DNA of 64,000 nucleotides from Octopus vulgaris (Eukaryota), in the NCBI GenBank assembly GCA_951406725.2, contig OX597817.1, forward strand, positions 78,802,001 through 78,866,000. The letters run 5' to 3'. The notes beneath the pieces are model-generated. The model saw only the letters and a program-made list of their open reading frames with translations, was not told the DNA's origin and did not search any database. This document shows, piece by piece, positions 1 through 13,554 of the stretch (its first letter is position 1; each line of letters starts with the position of its first letter). The position numbers were made by a program, and so were the translations under genes.

Positions 1-896
1 AAAGAATTTTTTTCTATTTTCTATCTTAAGTAACCAAGGAATGTTTGGTATATATATGACAATTTGTCATATACAGTGTAATGATGAGTCATTTAATAAA
101 TGAAATTAAATAAGTCAAGTTTCCATCATACTTTTTGAGCATTTTACCTACAACAATAACATCGTTGAAATAGGTGTCAGCTTGTCTGATGCCATTGTCT
201 ATAATTATACCATTCCTGATTCTTTGAAAAGCACTTGCGACATTTATTACATTAATGAGTAACTTTAAAAGCTGGAATAAGTGTCCATCAGCATAAAATA
301 CAATGTATCAGTGTATCTCTTATTGTAATTGTAGATAGGAACTGAATGATATGCTGTTTTCCATATCAGCTTAGCTGCAGTGATTTTGTATGAATTATAA
401 AGCATTAGATCATCAATATTCCTTTCTGGTTATATGTAGCAATTTTGAGAGGAGGGGCATAGACAATACATCAACCCCCACAGTACTTGACTGATGTTTT
501 GTTTCAATGGCCTAACAAGGATGAAAAGCAAAGCTGACTTCAGCAAGTTTAGAATTCAGAACATTTAGTGCCAGAAGAAATATCACAAAACAAATTTTTT
601 TTTCTGATGCTCCAAATATTCTGCAGCTCACAGTCAATTTCAGAAAGAATTGTAAATGAGCATCCTCATCATATAAACAACACCATTCATTACTAGTTTT
701 CTGAGAAAACGTCTTGCCCCAAGGAAATATTACCTTACTCAACAAAATCTACTTCAACTAATTTCATCTGAGCCAAGCATGCACAGCAGAGGACCTTAGA
801 AAAGATAATAGCAATAAGGATATGCGTGTGGGTGTATATATATATATATGTGTGTGCATATGTTTGTATGTATGTATATGCACTCCCACGAACATC

Positions 897-1121
897 TTTT
901 GTGTTTTACTTGTTCAAGTCATTAGACTGTGGCAATGCTGGAGCACTGGCTTGGGGGATATTAGCTGAACAAATTGACCCTAGTACTTTTTGAAAGCCAG
1001 GTACTTATTCTATTGTTCTCTTTTGCCAAACTCAAAGTTATGGGGACATAACCACATGAAACATTGGTTGTCAAGTGGTGGTAGGTGGACAAACACAGAC
1101 ACAAACACACATATATATACA

Positions 1122-1161
<40 letters not shown>

Positions 1162-1189
1162 GTGTATATATATATATATATATATATAC

Positions 1190-1220
<31 letters not shown>

Positions 1221-1221
1221 C

Positions 1222-1252
<31 letters not shown>

Positions 1253-1345
1253 CATGTGTGTATATATATATATATATATATACATACAGGTAGCAGGCTT
1301 CTTTCAGTTTCTGTCTGCCAAGTACACTCACAAAGCTTTGGTCAG
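897..1345 (-). mobile_element. SINE family A copy (head lost; expanded internal microsatellite)
   Basis: Reverse complement matches the body and tail of the copy at 43105-43520 (ccagcattgccacagtctaatgacttgaacaagtaaaa; cagaaactgaaagaagcc). Internal (TA)n/TG tract at about 1110-1285. Confidence 0.8.
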
Positions 1346-1665
1346 CTGGTGGCACGTAAAAGGCACCATTTGAGCATGATCGTTACCAGCATCACCTTAC
1401 TGGCACCTGTGCCGGTGGCATGTGTAAAAAGATTTGAGCAAGGTTGTTGCCAGTGCCGCCTGACTGGCCTCCATGCCAGTGGCATGTAAAAGCACCCACT
1501 ACACTCTCGGAGTGGTTGGCATTAGGAAGGGCATCCAGCTGTATAAACTCTGCCAGATCAAGATTGGAGCCTAGTGCAGCCATCTGGTTTGCCAGCCCTC
1601 AGTTAAATCGTCCGATCCATGCTAGCATGGAAAGCAGACGTTAAACAATGATGATGATGATGATG
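1346..1665 (+). mobile_element. SINE family C copy (internal repeats, (GAT)n tail)
   Basis: Three ggtggcacgtaaaa-type units, then ggagtggttggcattaggaagggcatccagctgt, then acgttaaacaatgatgatgatgat. The same blocks recur at 5265-5742 and 33482-33884. Confidence 0.8.
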
Positions 1666-2721
1666 GTTAAATGTTAAATTTAACAAAACCTATGTGATAC
1701 TATCACTTTATGTAGAAGCTCTCAGTCTTGAAGGATAGAGATGGAAATCCTTAAAAGCTTTCATTTTTGATGTGGAAGAGGTTAAATTTCTGATGAAAGT
1801 CAATAATATTTGGATTAATTTAATCCACTCTAACCCTCTGACCCAATTATACAGTCTCATGTCAACCTTACAAATTATCATTATTTCTTTTTGGTAATTA
1901 ATTAGTTAGATGAAAATGTTTTAAATGTACACATAAATAAATAAAAAAAGAAATAAGATAGGAAGAAGATGAAGCAATTAATTAAGTTCTAATTTTTCAG
2001 TCAGTAAAAAGAAAAAAAATCTATGGTAGCGTTAAGGTGCTGGAAAATATGAATCTGGGAAGAGAGAGAGAGAGATGAGAAAAAAGTGAGAGAGAGAACA
2101 ACAGAGGGGAAAGAAGTAAAGAGTATGGATATAGGTGGAAGTCATCATTGGTAGCTGTCGCATTGACATACACAAATTAGCTTATTCATGAAGTGTCTTG
2201 TCATACTTTCCGGAAAGACCTGGAGATAAACCAAATGGGGTAGGGGAGGAGAAAAAATTAAAATATAAAAGAACTAACAATTTTTTGCTCTAATTAATTT
2301 CTGCCTTTCTTTCTAATTCGCTTTTGGTTTTTTTTTTCTGCTTTTTGGTTTTTTTTTTTTGGTTTTTTGTTTTCTTATTTAATTTCGTTTTTTTTTGTAT
2401 TTTATTTTCTTCTTTCAGATGTAACTCTATTGGCATCAGAAATTTTACTTCTTGAAAATGTTGTGCAGTTGAAATATATGTACACACACACACACACACA
2501 CACACATGCAAAGATATGTGTGTGTCTATGTATATGTATATCTATAAATATATGTACAGATATCTATGTAGATATATGTACTTATATATATATATATATA
2601 TACACACATATATATACATACACACACATATATACATACATACACACAAATATACATACACACAAATATACATACATACATACATACATGCATGCATATA
2701 CGTGTATGAGAAAGTATGTAA

Positions 2722-2990
2722 CCCAGTGATTAGGATATTGCGCTCATAATTGCTAGATTGTGTGTTCAATTTCCAAACAAGACAATGCATTGAGTTCTTG
2801 AGCAAAACACTTCATTTGACATTGCTCTGTGACCATTTCGACATTTGATGTATGGAACACTTCTGCATCTCAACAGGCAACATTGATTTGATGGAAGAAG
2901 AGAGCTAATGTACAGCACATACATTTGATCACTACAAACAAATTATTTGTGCAGGTCATTCAGTAAAACGTGAGCACTCATAAGTTGTCT
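2722..2990 (+). mobile_element. Degenerate tRNA-headed SINE (minor family)
   Basis: B-box-like gttcaatttcc followed by gttcttgagcaaaacactt, a common post-tRNA SINE motif. A similar head relic occurs at about 54990-55090. Confidence 0.5.
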
Positions 2991-3017
2991 TCAGGAGATC
3001 CCATCATATACATACAT

Positions 3018-3421
3018 CAGTGCTCTGGATTAACCATTAAACAAAATAAGCACAGGACACCACAGAAATGTTAAATGGTTTATGGCACTAAAGAAATCAC
3101 TTTAAACTTGCTAAAATAATATTCGGGATGCCTTTATCTCCACTAAGTATAGATGCAAATGTGTTACCTAAGATTAATTTTGAGGATCTGATCAAAGATT
3201 TTGCAATTCAAAAAAGTAGGAGGAAACTTTTCAAATATAAATAAAGTGGAAGTATACAAAAATAAACATTATTTTCCCTCTTACTGTTTTGTTTCATTTT
3301 GAAAAATAAAAATTTATTATATGGTTTGTTATTGTTTATATTTTGAATTACAGAGTCTTTTATGGGGGGCACCAAAATCTTCTAAGTGCTTAGGGCCTCG
3401 ATGGGTCTTAATCCGGCCCTG
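3018..3421 (+). mobile_element. Non-autonomous hAT element retaining the transposase C-terminus
   Basis: TIRs cagtgctctggattaa and ttaatccggccctg. Near-perfect 8-bp TSD acatacat (3010-3017) / atatacat (3422-3429). Internal frame LSPLSIDANVLPKINFEDLIKDFAIQKSRRKLF resembles the hAT C-terminal dimerisation region. Confidence 0.8.
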
Positions 3422-3771
3422 ATATACATATAACATATATGCAAAATCTTTTGTCAATAGAATGCAATGTAATAGGTATGTACTATGAGTGCTCAGTTTG
3501 GTTTACCACTTGAGATGCAACTCAAAAATGTGGTGTTGAAATTGCCTATCAAAGGTGGCTAGAAGTGTTTCATCATTGAGCAGGTAGATATACATTAAAA
3601 CAGAGTAGTTATAACATATACATATTTATCATAACTACTCAGCACTATGTTTATTTCTATAAATTAAATGTTCTGGAGTGATGCCAGATTATTTTGCTTG
3701 TACATTATATCTGTTTTAATGTATATTTATATCTATGTATGTATACATAGATATAAATCTCTCTCTCTCTC

Positions 3772-3808
<37 letters not shown>

Positions 3809-3809
3809 G

Positions 3810-4254
3810 TTTAAATATTTGTTGTGCAAGATTTTTAATGTGAAGTCGTGTGTTGAAACAGATATTGTTGTATTTAGGAATGGTCATTTTGCCAGTTTAG
3901 CCAATAAAATACAAATTACATGAACATATATAAACAGAAGATACAAATATTACAGGCATCCCCCACATACACACACTAAATAAACATAAACGCACATAGA
4001 GATATAAGCATGCGCAAATGAAGACATACAATAGAAATACAAAATGGCTGACAGTTAGTAAGGAGAGACACAAATAAGTAAGAAGAAAACAAAGGACCAC
4101 TGATGCGGTCACAGGAGTGTGACGAAAGAACTCTGGCCAAAATAAGATTAAGATTAATGTAAAAAATAAATAACACTGAAGCAAAGTAACACCAAATATA
4201 TAGTGCGTGTGTTTTTATTGGCTAAACTGGCAAAATGACCATTCCTAAATACAA

Positions 4255-4260
<6 letters not shown>
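3810..4260 (+). mobile_element. Fold-back element with hammerhead motif (family FB4)
   Basis: About 48-bp identical inverted repeat (3862-3909 vs 4214-4261) encloses an HHR at 4095-4138. Both flanks are (TA)n. The arm sequence has a diverged copy at about 19285-19370. Confidence 0.65.
4095..4138 (+). ncRNA. Type I hammerhead ribozyme motif (degenerate)
   Basis: gacca CTGATGC g gtcaca-ggag-tgtgac GAAA gaac TC tggcc. Stem I gacca/tggcc pairs 4 of 5, stem II is 6 bp, triplet CUC, and A9 is replaced by C. Confidence 0.65.
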
Positions 4261-4335
<75 letters not shown>

Positions 4336-4347
4336 CATACATATATA

Positions 4348-4422
<75 letters not shown>

Positions 4423-4791
4423 TAGATAGATAGATAGATAGATAGATGTACATATAGACATGAAAGTAAATTTTGAATGCAATATAGCCTTAAAAACAGC
4501 AGAACGACTGGCTATTTTACCCTCACCTTAGCTAATTAGCTAAGCTAAGGGTAAAATATATGAGTGGACCATTTCGCTTAATGGTAGATTACTCAGCCTG
4601 TATCTGAGGAGTATGAGTTTGAGACCCAAGGCCATCTGCTGGAAACTTCTTCTGTCATATAACTGTAAAATACCCAATCTTTCTGCTGTTTACGCAGCTA
4701 AATTGCATTCAAAATTTACTTTCTTGTCTGTAAAATACTAAGTGCACTCAATGCTTCCAAAGTTTGTTTATAAAATATTGTCATATATATT

Positions 4792-5200
4792 GACGTAGGA
4801 GTGGCTGTGTGGTAAGTAGCTTGCTTACGAACCACATAGTTCCGGGTTCAGTTTCACTGCGGTGCACCTTGGGCAAGTGTCTTCTACTATAGCCTCGAGC
4901 CGACCAAAGCTTTGCGAGTGGATTTGGTAGACGGAAACTGAAAGAAGCCCGTCGTATATATGTATATATATATATGTATGTGCGTGTTTGTGTGTCTGTG
5001 TTTGTCCCCCCAACATCGCTTGACAACCGATGCTGGTGTGTTTACGTCCCCGTAACTTAGCAGTTCGGCAAAAAAGACACTGATAAAATAAGTACTAGGC
5101 TTACAAAGAATAAGTCCTGGGGTCGATTTGATCAACTAAAAGGCAGTGCTCCAGCATGGTCACAGTCACATGACTGAAACAAGTAAAAGAGTAAAAGAGT
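4792..5200 (+). mobile_element. SINE family A, full length
   Basis: A-box tggctgtgtgg, B-box ggttcagtttc, internal (TA)/(TG) tract and (gagtaaaa)n tail. Highly similar to 19631-20036 and 43105-43520. Confidence 0.9.
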
Positions 5201-5264
5201 ATATATATTTTACTGTATGTGCATATTAATATAATTTTCAAGCAGATCCTACACCAGCTTCACA

Positions 5265-5742
5265 TAACCAGCCCCAGCCCATTCAATCTACCTTGGATCG
5301 TATGATGACCTGCTGTGCTTACGTTGGATCGTAGGGTGACCTGCTGTGAGGAGATCTATTGAGTCAAGTACATCAACATCAACATCAAAATAAAAATCAA
5401 ATGGAAATTGTAGTTGTGAAACCCGTGCTAGTGGCATGTAAAAAGCACCATCTGAACATGGCCAATTCCAGCGCCGCCTTGACTGGCTTTCATGTCGGTG
5501 GCACGTAAAATGCACCAACCGATCATGGCTGTTGCCAGCCTCCTCTGGCCCCTGTGCCTGTGGCACGAAAAAAGCACCCACTCCACTCACGGAATGATTG
5601 GCGTTAGGAAGGGCATCCAGCTGAAGAAACACTGCCAGATCAGACTGGAGCCTGGTGAAGTTTCCTGGCTTCCCAGACCCCAGTCGAACCATCCAACCCA
5701 TGCTACCATGGAAAACGGATGTTAAACGATGATGATGATGAT
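5265..5742 (+). mobile_element. SINE family C copy
   Basis: Three gtggcacgtaaaa units, ttggcgttaggaagggcatccagctg, and a gttaaacgatgatgatgat tail. Confidence 0.85.
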
Positions 5743-6178
5743 GTATGTGTGGTAAGATTGTACCTTTTGAATTACAAGTCCTTTTTTTTTTGATGGGCTT
5801 CTATACAGTTTCCACCTACCCAATTTCACTCTCAAGGCAAAGGTCAACTGGAGGCTAAAGAAAATAACAATTGTCCAATCTACAATGCAGAGGGATTGAA
5901 ACCGTACCTCTCTGTTTCTTTGTGTATATGTACATGAGTTGTGTGATTTAAAATCAAACATCAATATGTTGACTACATTCTCCTTTTTCTTTTGAAAGCA
6001 GGCAAAAGGATTTAAGGTGGGGCAGGAGCTATCAATGTAAGCCCACAGTCCTTCTAGCATTTCGTTATTTCTAGCTTCTTTGTTTACACAGTCTATTCTC
6101 TAACCCCTATTCTTAATTTTATCCTGCAAAACACCAGACATTATTCTCATATCTTAGTATCTATGATCTGTATCTCTG

Positions 6179-6211
<33 letters not shown>

Positions 6212-8984
6212 GCTTTCTCTCTATCTCTTTCTCTCTCTCCATCTCTCTTTCTTTCTGTCCCTATACACACACATACACACACAAGCATTTATATATACAC
6301 ATATACACATTCACGTGTATAAATCAGTCGGTCTATCTGTCCTTCTATCTATCTATCTATCTATCTGTCTATCTGTCTATCTGTCTATCTATCGTTATAT
6401 CTAGTTATCTATCAATGTATCTGTCTATCTAACAATCTGTTAATCTATCTGTGTATCTATTTAACAATCTAACTGTTTACATGACTGTCTCAATTTGTCT
6501 GACTCTTTGCTTGTATGTATGTATGTATGTATGTATGTATGTATGTATGTATGTATGTATGCATGCATGTACGTAAGTGTGTATGTATGTATGTATGTAT
6601 GTATATATGTATGTATGTATATATGTATGTATTTATGTATGCATGTATGTATGTACATAAGCGTGTATGTATATATGTATGTATATATGCATGCATGTAT
6701 ATGTTTGGATCTATGTTTCTATGTATACATGCCTGTATATATGAATGTTTGTATGTTTTCATGTATGTTTTTATGTATGCATATATATATACATGTATGT
6801 CCATATATATGTATATATTTGCATGTACATATATATACTTTTGTATGTTTGTGCGTATGTACATAAAGAGAAATTTGCTAACGTCATATTTTGTGATTAA
6901 TTCCTTTATTGTTTCAAACTCTCTACCTTTCCTTCTCTTTCACACACACACATGCACACACACACACACACATGCACACACACACACACACATGCACACA
7001 CACACACACACATGCACACACACATGCGCACGTACACACATGTGAAACAAACTCATTCCCCTATATTTCTGTTCCCTTACTTCACTGTTTTTCTTTATTT
7101 CTTCTCCCTTTTTTGTGTCTATTTCTATTTGTTCAACATCACTTCTTTTTGTTGTCAGATATATTTTCATTTTTATCCCATCTTTTCCAAATGACTTCAT
7201 AATTGTTACAAAGTCTTTAAGCTCATAAATAAGTTTACAGATAATAAGTGTTTATTTTGTTTATGTGGGAGAAGTATTTAAGAGGCGGTAGTTTGTGGAG
7301 GTGGTGTGAGTTTGTGAGAAAGGAGTCAGTATTTCAAGATATTCCAACATTTCAGCAACAATCAGTCATGTTTTTACCAGCATCACCACAACTATATCTC
7401 CTCCCTCTTGCCCCTACAACCCTCACCCATCCTTTACAATCTTCCTACAAACATCACCACAGCTATCATCCTTTCTCATCACTCCCTACATCAACACCAC
7501 ACCAACACCACACCAACACAGCTATCACCTCTTCCCCCTTTCACCTCAACAACCATCACCTATCCTTCACAATTTTCCCCATGAATATTGCCTCAGCCAT
7601 CATCCTTTCTCATCATTCTCTCCATCAGCCATACTCCAGCCCTCACCCATCCATCTAACCCCCACCACCAGTTAGTCGAGTTTAATTAATGAACTTGCAA
7701 ACAGCTTGCTTAATTCATTCAGCTTTCAAAGTTGTAAAAATAGTGACATAAATATTTACACCCTGCTTGCAAATACTGGAAATGTATATATAAATAAATG
7801 TGTAATTATAAACTGCTACAAGAATGACATTACATGAATATGTAGTGTCTATAATATAGTAATCCTCATGCAACAGATGAACCATTCACTTTTTTGCAAC
7901 AGTTTCACAGGACCAATGAGAAAACAGCAATCTCTCAGTCATTTTGGTTAACTAAAGCAGAACTCATAAGAATCTCTCTCTCAGTTCCTTTGCCTCACCT
8001 CTACCAAATGGCAGCAATTTTTTTATTCACTCCCTTTTAAAGAAAAACATTGTGAAATCAGCCTTACAGAGTAGAATCAGTTCTTGTTTCGAATGGTGTA
8101 AAATATTAGACATGTATGTCTTTTAGAAATAATTTTAGATACACTTTTTCCATTGTGGAAGTTGATTTGCCAAAAGTGCTGAAGAAAATTAAGGCATCAA
8201 TATATAATTATCATATTCTTACCAAACGAATGTACTGCATATATGGAGTTCTCTTCTTTTTCTCTGCAACGTTATCCCTTCATACTACATGGGATTCTCA
8301 AATTAAAATTTAATTCAAAAATATATACATAATCATTTTACTTTCACTCATTAAATCCACATTGACATTACAAACACAAAATTTGTATTACTCTGTTTTC
8401 TAAAAGAATCTATTCCATCAGGATGGTTGTGGAATACTAGTACAGTGCAAAGAACAACAAAAAGATATCCATTATAATCTATGTGTCAATCTTATTTACA
8501 GTTCCAAGGAGAGCTCATCACTGGAGTTGTATGTGCGTGTCTACAAAAACACATGCAATGCATACACACAGACATATGTGTATACTTATGTATACACACA
8601 TAACTTGTACAAATGTTAGGGTATTTATTTAACTATCACAAGGGAAATGTTATAAGTAGCTTTGATGTTTCAGTTTAGTCACTTAGTTTTTGAAACCTTA
8701 TATTGTAGTTTTGGTTCATCATGTGGATGTAGCAATGTGGATGCAAAATTGGTGTGGCATAATAGAGCCTATATATATATACTTTATGTATGCATGGACC
8801 AGACATGACCCAGACTGCAAACTCGGTGCAACACAATAGGATGTATAAGATCTCATGCATAAAAGACAGTTGCAGGATGAGTCAAAACAATTGTCATGTA
8901 CAATAAAGACTTATACCAAATCCATCTTCTGTTTGTTTAATCAATTATTACAGAATATATATATATATATATATATATTTATCA

Positions 8985-9170
8985 TGATAGATCACTAACC
9001 ACTAAGCCTTTTATATTTTTCTCTCCCTGTATATTTCTGTGTTCCTTTCCGTCGAAGAGCATACGCTCGAAACGTAAAAGACTTTCTCACTTCCTGACCG
9101 TTAAACTAATACATCTGTTTGTTGTTTACACACCTGTCTTAGTCTTTCGTTGTTTTATAAATTCTCACTA
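8985..9170 (+). mobile_element. Short TA-flanked element with a degenerate minimal HHR-like motif
   Basis: cttt ccg tcGAAGA gcatacgctc GAAACGTA aaag at 9044-9080. The core is altered. The element is flanked by (TA)n. Confidence 0.35.
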
Positions 9171-9898
9171 TTTATATATATATATAGAGATGAGAAATAG
9201 ATATTCTCCATATAGAATACACTTGATAGTGTTCAAGAGATTTAAACATGAGTAGATAGATGAGTAAATATAAGGAAAAGCAAGTTAGGCAAGTCAATAT
9301 ACAAAAAATATTAAATACATTCAAGACAAAAAGATGTACATATGTTTATATAAAAAAAGGTCCGACTTACACAAAATAGAAATGATATCAAGAATCAAAT
9401 GGGTTGAATAAGTGTTTTATGAGTCCAACAGCTGTTTCTGGGGGCTTGATGATACGAAATAATGATTGTAAATTGATTCCATCAATGGATAATACCACCC
9501 TCTGTCAGAAATACCCCAAATGTAAAATTCTTCCCCTGAATAACGAGTTGCCTAACTTGCTTGTCCTTACATTTACTCCTCTATGTGTGTATGTGTATAT
9601 GTGTGTGTATGCGTGTGTCTGTCTGTGTGTGTGTACAGCTGGAAAAGTAAATGTACTTTACAGTCCGAAAATGGTGACTGAGGTGAAACTTTGAAGTCAC
9701 AATCAATTATCATTTCCCTGTAAAAATAATATCCACACACACACATACACATTCATATGTGCATAGTCACATATAAAAATTCACTCATATAGACAAACAT
9801 ATGTAAGTACACACAGCTACAACCAGTGACGTTTCACGCTAACATATATCACAGACAAGAATGAACATCTGTAGTGAAATGTTAATCTTTGTGAGTGA

Positions 9899-9946
<48 letters not shown>

Positions 9947-11228
9947 ACGTGTGAGTTTGCACACATAGTTGCTTACATACATGATCATACACAATTACAC
10001 CGATACAGAAACAGTTACAATACAGCTGAGAGAAGGCTCAAAAGTAACTAATGCACTTGAAACAAAATGAAAAAGTTGTTTACAGAGGTTTTAGATAAGA
10101 TGATAAATAACAAATAAAAGGATGTAAAGTCATTAAAAAACAACAAGATTGTAATCTCTTGTACATAATGTTCCTTTCTTTCTTTGCCTCATTTCCCTCC
10201 TTCAATTTTCATCCGTTTATTTTGCTTTATTGATGATATTTTTCAGGATTTATTAGGGAAAGGGTTGTTTTTGCTGTATTTGTTTTTTTTTTTACAGTTG
10301 TTTTTTTAAACACTTTTTAAAATAAATTTTATTGTTTTTGATATTTTTATTTTCAGAATTGTTTTACTTTATTTTTTCTAGAAACCTCTTTTTTTTTTGT
10401 GAGTGTGTGTTTTCATCCATAAAAAATTGCAAACGACACAATACACACAAATACATACAAGAAGGTATACGTATGTGTCTCTATGAGTGCCTTAGTGTCA
10501 CACAAGAATACATGCACACACACACACACAAGTTTAATAACTCTTAATTTCTTAGAGAATGGTGGAAGTCATTAGAAGAGCAAAGTAGATAAAAAGCAGT
10601 AAACCAAAAACGGTAAGTCTGTTTTTGTTTCTTATACGCATCAACACTTCAGTAAAAACAAATTAAAATGGTTAGCACAAAGAATTCCGAGAATATTTTA
10701 CTTAATTAAAACTTTCTCAAGAGGTTGTGATTCATAGACTTTGTGCCCAAATAGTATGGGTACCATTCTGGAGTGAAAACCACCCCAGTATCTAATATAA
10801 AAACAGGTGGCAGCAGGATGTGAAAATAAAGTTCTTTTTTTTAATTATTGTATTTGAACATGTTAAAGCACACCCTCAGATAAGATTAGCTTGAGAATAT
10901 TTAACAAACAACATATACACATTATGAACGAGCATGCATGCACACATGCAAATATGCGTGCAAACATACAGATGCATATACATACACATGGACACATTTT
11001 TTTGGGAGTTGAAAATTTACGAGTCATTACTCCAAGTTCTCATTAAAGTCAACCAAAGATTGGGAATGAGAAACATAGAGGAATGTATGATAAAGTTCCA
11101 GCTTAGAATAAAAGAAAAATTAACACTAATTTTCTTGTATAGAGTACTCTCTTTTCTTCTCTCCTCCTTTCAGTTAACACTCAAGCATTCACACACATAT
11201 ACATGTATGAGTGTGTATATATACATAC

Positions 11229-11318
<90 letters not shown>

Positions 11319-11405
11319 ATGTATGTATGTATGTATGTATGTATGTATGTATGTATGTATGTATGTATGTATGTGTGTATGTATGTATGTATGTATGTAT
11401 GTATA

Positions 11406-12150
11406 CAGGGTGTCCCAAAAGTTACTGATGGGAATCAATTTTTAATAACTTCCTTAACTTTACAAATAAATGCCTGAAATTTTGATGCAATATAAAAGAA
11501 ATAATGGAAATTAATATTTCACAAATTAAATTTTGCAACACTACTACATTGCATGAAAAACGACATCGCTTAGGAGGCGTCCATTTTCAGCCTTGCATAT
11601 CCATGCTCTTTCCAAAACTTGTACCATAACACCTTCAAGAGTTTCAGACCCTTCTCTGATTTCTCTATTGATGTTCTCCTTCAGTTGCACCATGGTGTCC
11701 CTACAAAAAAAAAATCCAGGTTAGTCAAGTCTGGGGAACATGAAGTCCAGTTGATATTGCTCTAGTAAGAGATTATTCTTTCTCCAAAGCACTGTCGTAG
11801 CAACTGCATTGATTCTCTTGCAGTATGAACAGTTGCCCCATCTTGCTGGAACCATGTGTGAGGTCTACTTTGAATGGCCAGGTACAAAAAGGTCTCAATC
11901 AGAGATACCTGAAAGAGAGGGTTTACGTCAAAAACTGGATACCCTGGTGCAACTGAAGGAGAACATCAATAGAGAAATCAGAGAAGTGGGGTCTGAAACT
12001 CTTGAGGGTGTTATGGTACAAGTTTTGGAAAGAGCACGGGCGTGTGAAGCTGACAATGGCTGCCATTTAAGTGATATCATTTTTCATATGTGGCGTTGCA
12101 AAATTTGACTTGTGCATATTAATTTCCATTATGTCTTTTATATTGTATAT
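11406..12150. mobile_element. Palindromic DD41D (rosa-like) Tc1/mariner derivative built from two transposase 3' ends
   Basis: TA plus TIR cagggtgtcccaaaa at 11406. The minus strand reads WFQQDGATVHTARESMQLLRQCFGERIISY*SNINWTSCSPDLTNLDFF, with 41 residues between the catalytic Asp residues. 11485-11700 is the inverted copy of 11935-12150 (LVQLKENINREIRE...CEADNGCHLSDIIF). Confidence 0.8.
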
Positions 12151-12169
12151 ATTATGTGCAGACCCTTCT

Positions 12170-12773
12170 GAAGTTCCAACTGTCATGGTTTTGGGAATTG
12201 TCAGCAATGGATGACATGTGATGCCTCCTTACTTCTTTCCACAAGGCTTTAGGGTTAACTTTGCAGCCTACATTGATGTTCTGGAAATAACTGCTAAGCC
12301 CTGGATAGACAGTGTATACAATGGAAAGTCATATGTGTTTCAGTAAGACTCTGCACTATCACACATGGCTCTAGTAACACGAGAATGGATGGCTGAAAAT
12401 TTTCTTGATCACATAACCCCTAACATTTAGCCTCCTAATTCCCCAAATCTCAATCCACTGGACTATAACATGAGAAGCATTATAGAGAGAAAGGTCAAGG
12501 AACATGCCCATAACACCAAAGATTCTTTAAAAGCTGCCATAGTCAGAGTAATGCACAAAATGAACCAGGACCACTTGAATTAAGCATGTAGATGATTTAG
12601 ATCTCAAACAGAAGCAGTTGTTGAAACTGAAGGTGGCTTTATTGAATAACATTATAGAAAAGAAAGTTTGTTTTTATCCTCATAGCATTTTTTGATTAAT
12701 AAAGTTATCATCTGTTATTATATATCTGTTTTTTATAAATATGTATCTGTCCTCAACTATCTTATGCACCCTG
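12170..12773 (+). pseudogene. DD37D (maT-type) transposase 3' half with right TIR
   Basis: KFPTVMVLGIVSNG*HVMPPYFFPQGFRVN...YVFQ*DSALSHMALVTREWMAENFLDHITPNI*PPNSPNLNPLDY...EGGFIE*. There are 37 residues between the Asp residues and several stops. The element ends gcaccctg before a TA tract. Confidence 0.85.
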
Positions 12774-12774
12774 C

Positions 12775-12805
<31 letters not shown>

Positions 12806-12895
12806 TAAGAGGGAATTTTTTAACCACTAAGTGGTTATATATATATAACAACATATATAAATATGTATATATATATATGGTTTATATATATGATA

Positions 12896-12965
<70 letters not shown>

Positions 12966-12994
12966 GTTGTTATTATTACTAGTATTATAATTGT

Positions 12995-13113
12995 CTTGCC
13001 AAGGTCGACTTTGCCTTTCATCCTTTCGGGGTCAATAAATTAAGTACCAGTACATGTAATAGACTATTTCCCCCACAAAAAATTCCAGGCCTTGTACCTA
13101 TAGTGGAAAGGAT
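12995..13113 (+). mobile_element. SINE family B (Meta-domain-like), 5'-truncated
   Basis: gtcgactttgcctttcatcctttcggggtcaataaattaagtaccag followed by an (att)n tail. Confidence 0.8.
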
Positions 13114-13389
13114 TACTATTATTATTATTTTGTTGTTGCTTGTTTATTTTTGCTTTTTTTCCATTCATGGGATGTCAAAAAATAAAACTGTTTTACCCAA
13201 AGACAGTATCGGTAAAACACTGTATGTTTGTTTGTGTATGTTTATGTATGTGTGTTAATGTGTGCATATTTGTGCATTTGTTTGTCAGAGTTTACATGTA
13301 CTTGCGTCAGTTTCCATGTATGTTTTTATCTATGTGTCTGTTGGCAAGTTAGTTTGTGCATTCATAAGAGTGCATTTATGTGTGCATGT

Positions 13390-13440
<51 letters not shown>

Positions 13441-13507
13441 TATATACACATATATATGTATATACAGATGTATTTATATATAATATATATATATTACATG
13501 TATATAT

Positions 13508-13554
<47 letters not shown>

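Noticed and set aside
7248-7658. 136-aa H/P/S/T-rich ORF
   Set aside because: It arises from a C/A-rich low-complexity strand bias, has a non-ATG start and shows no domain.
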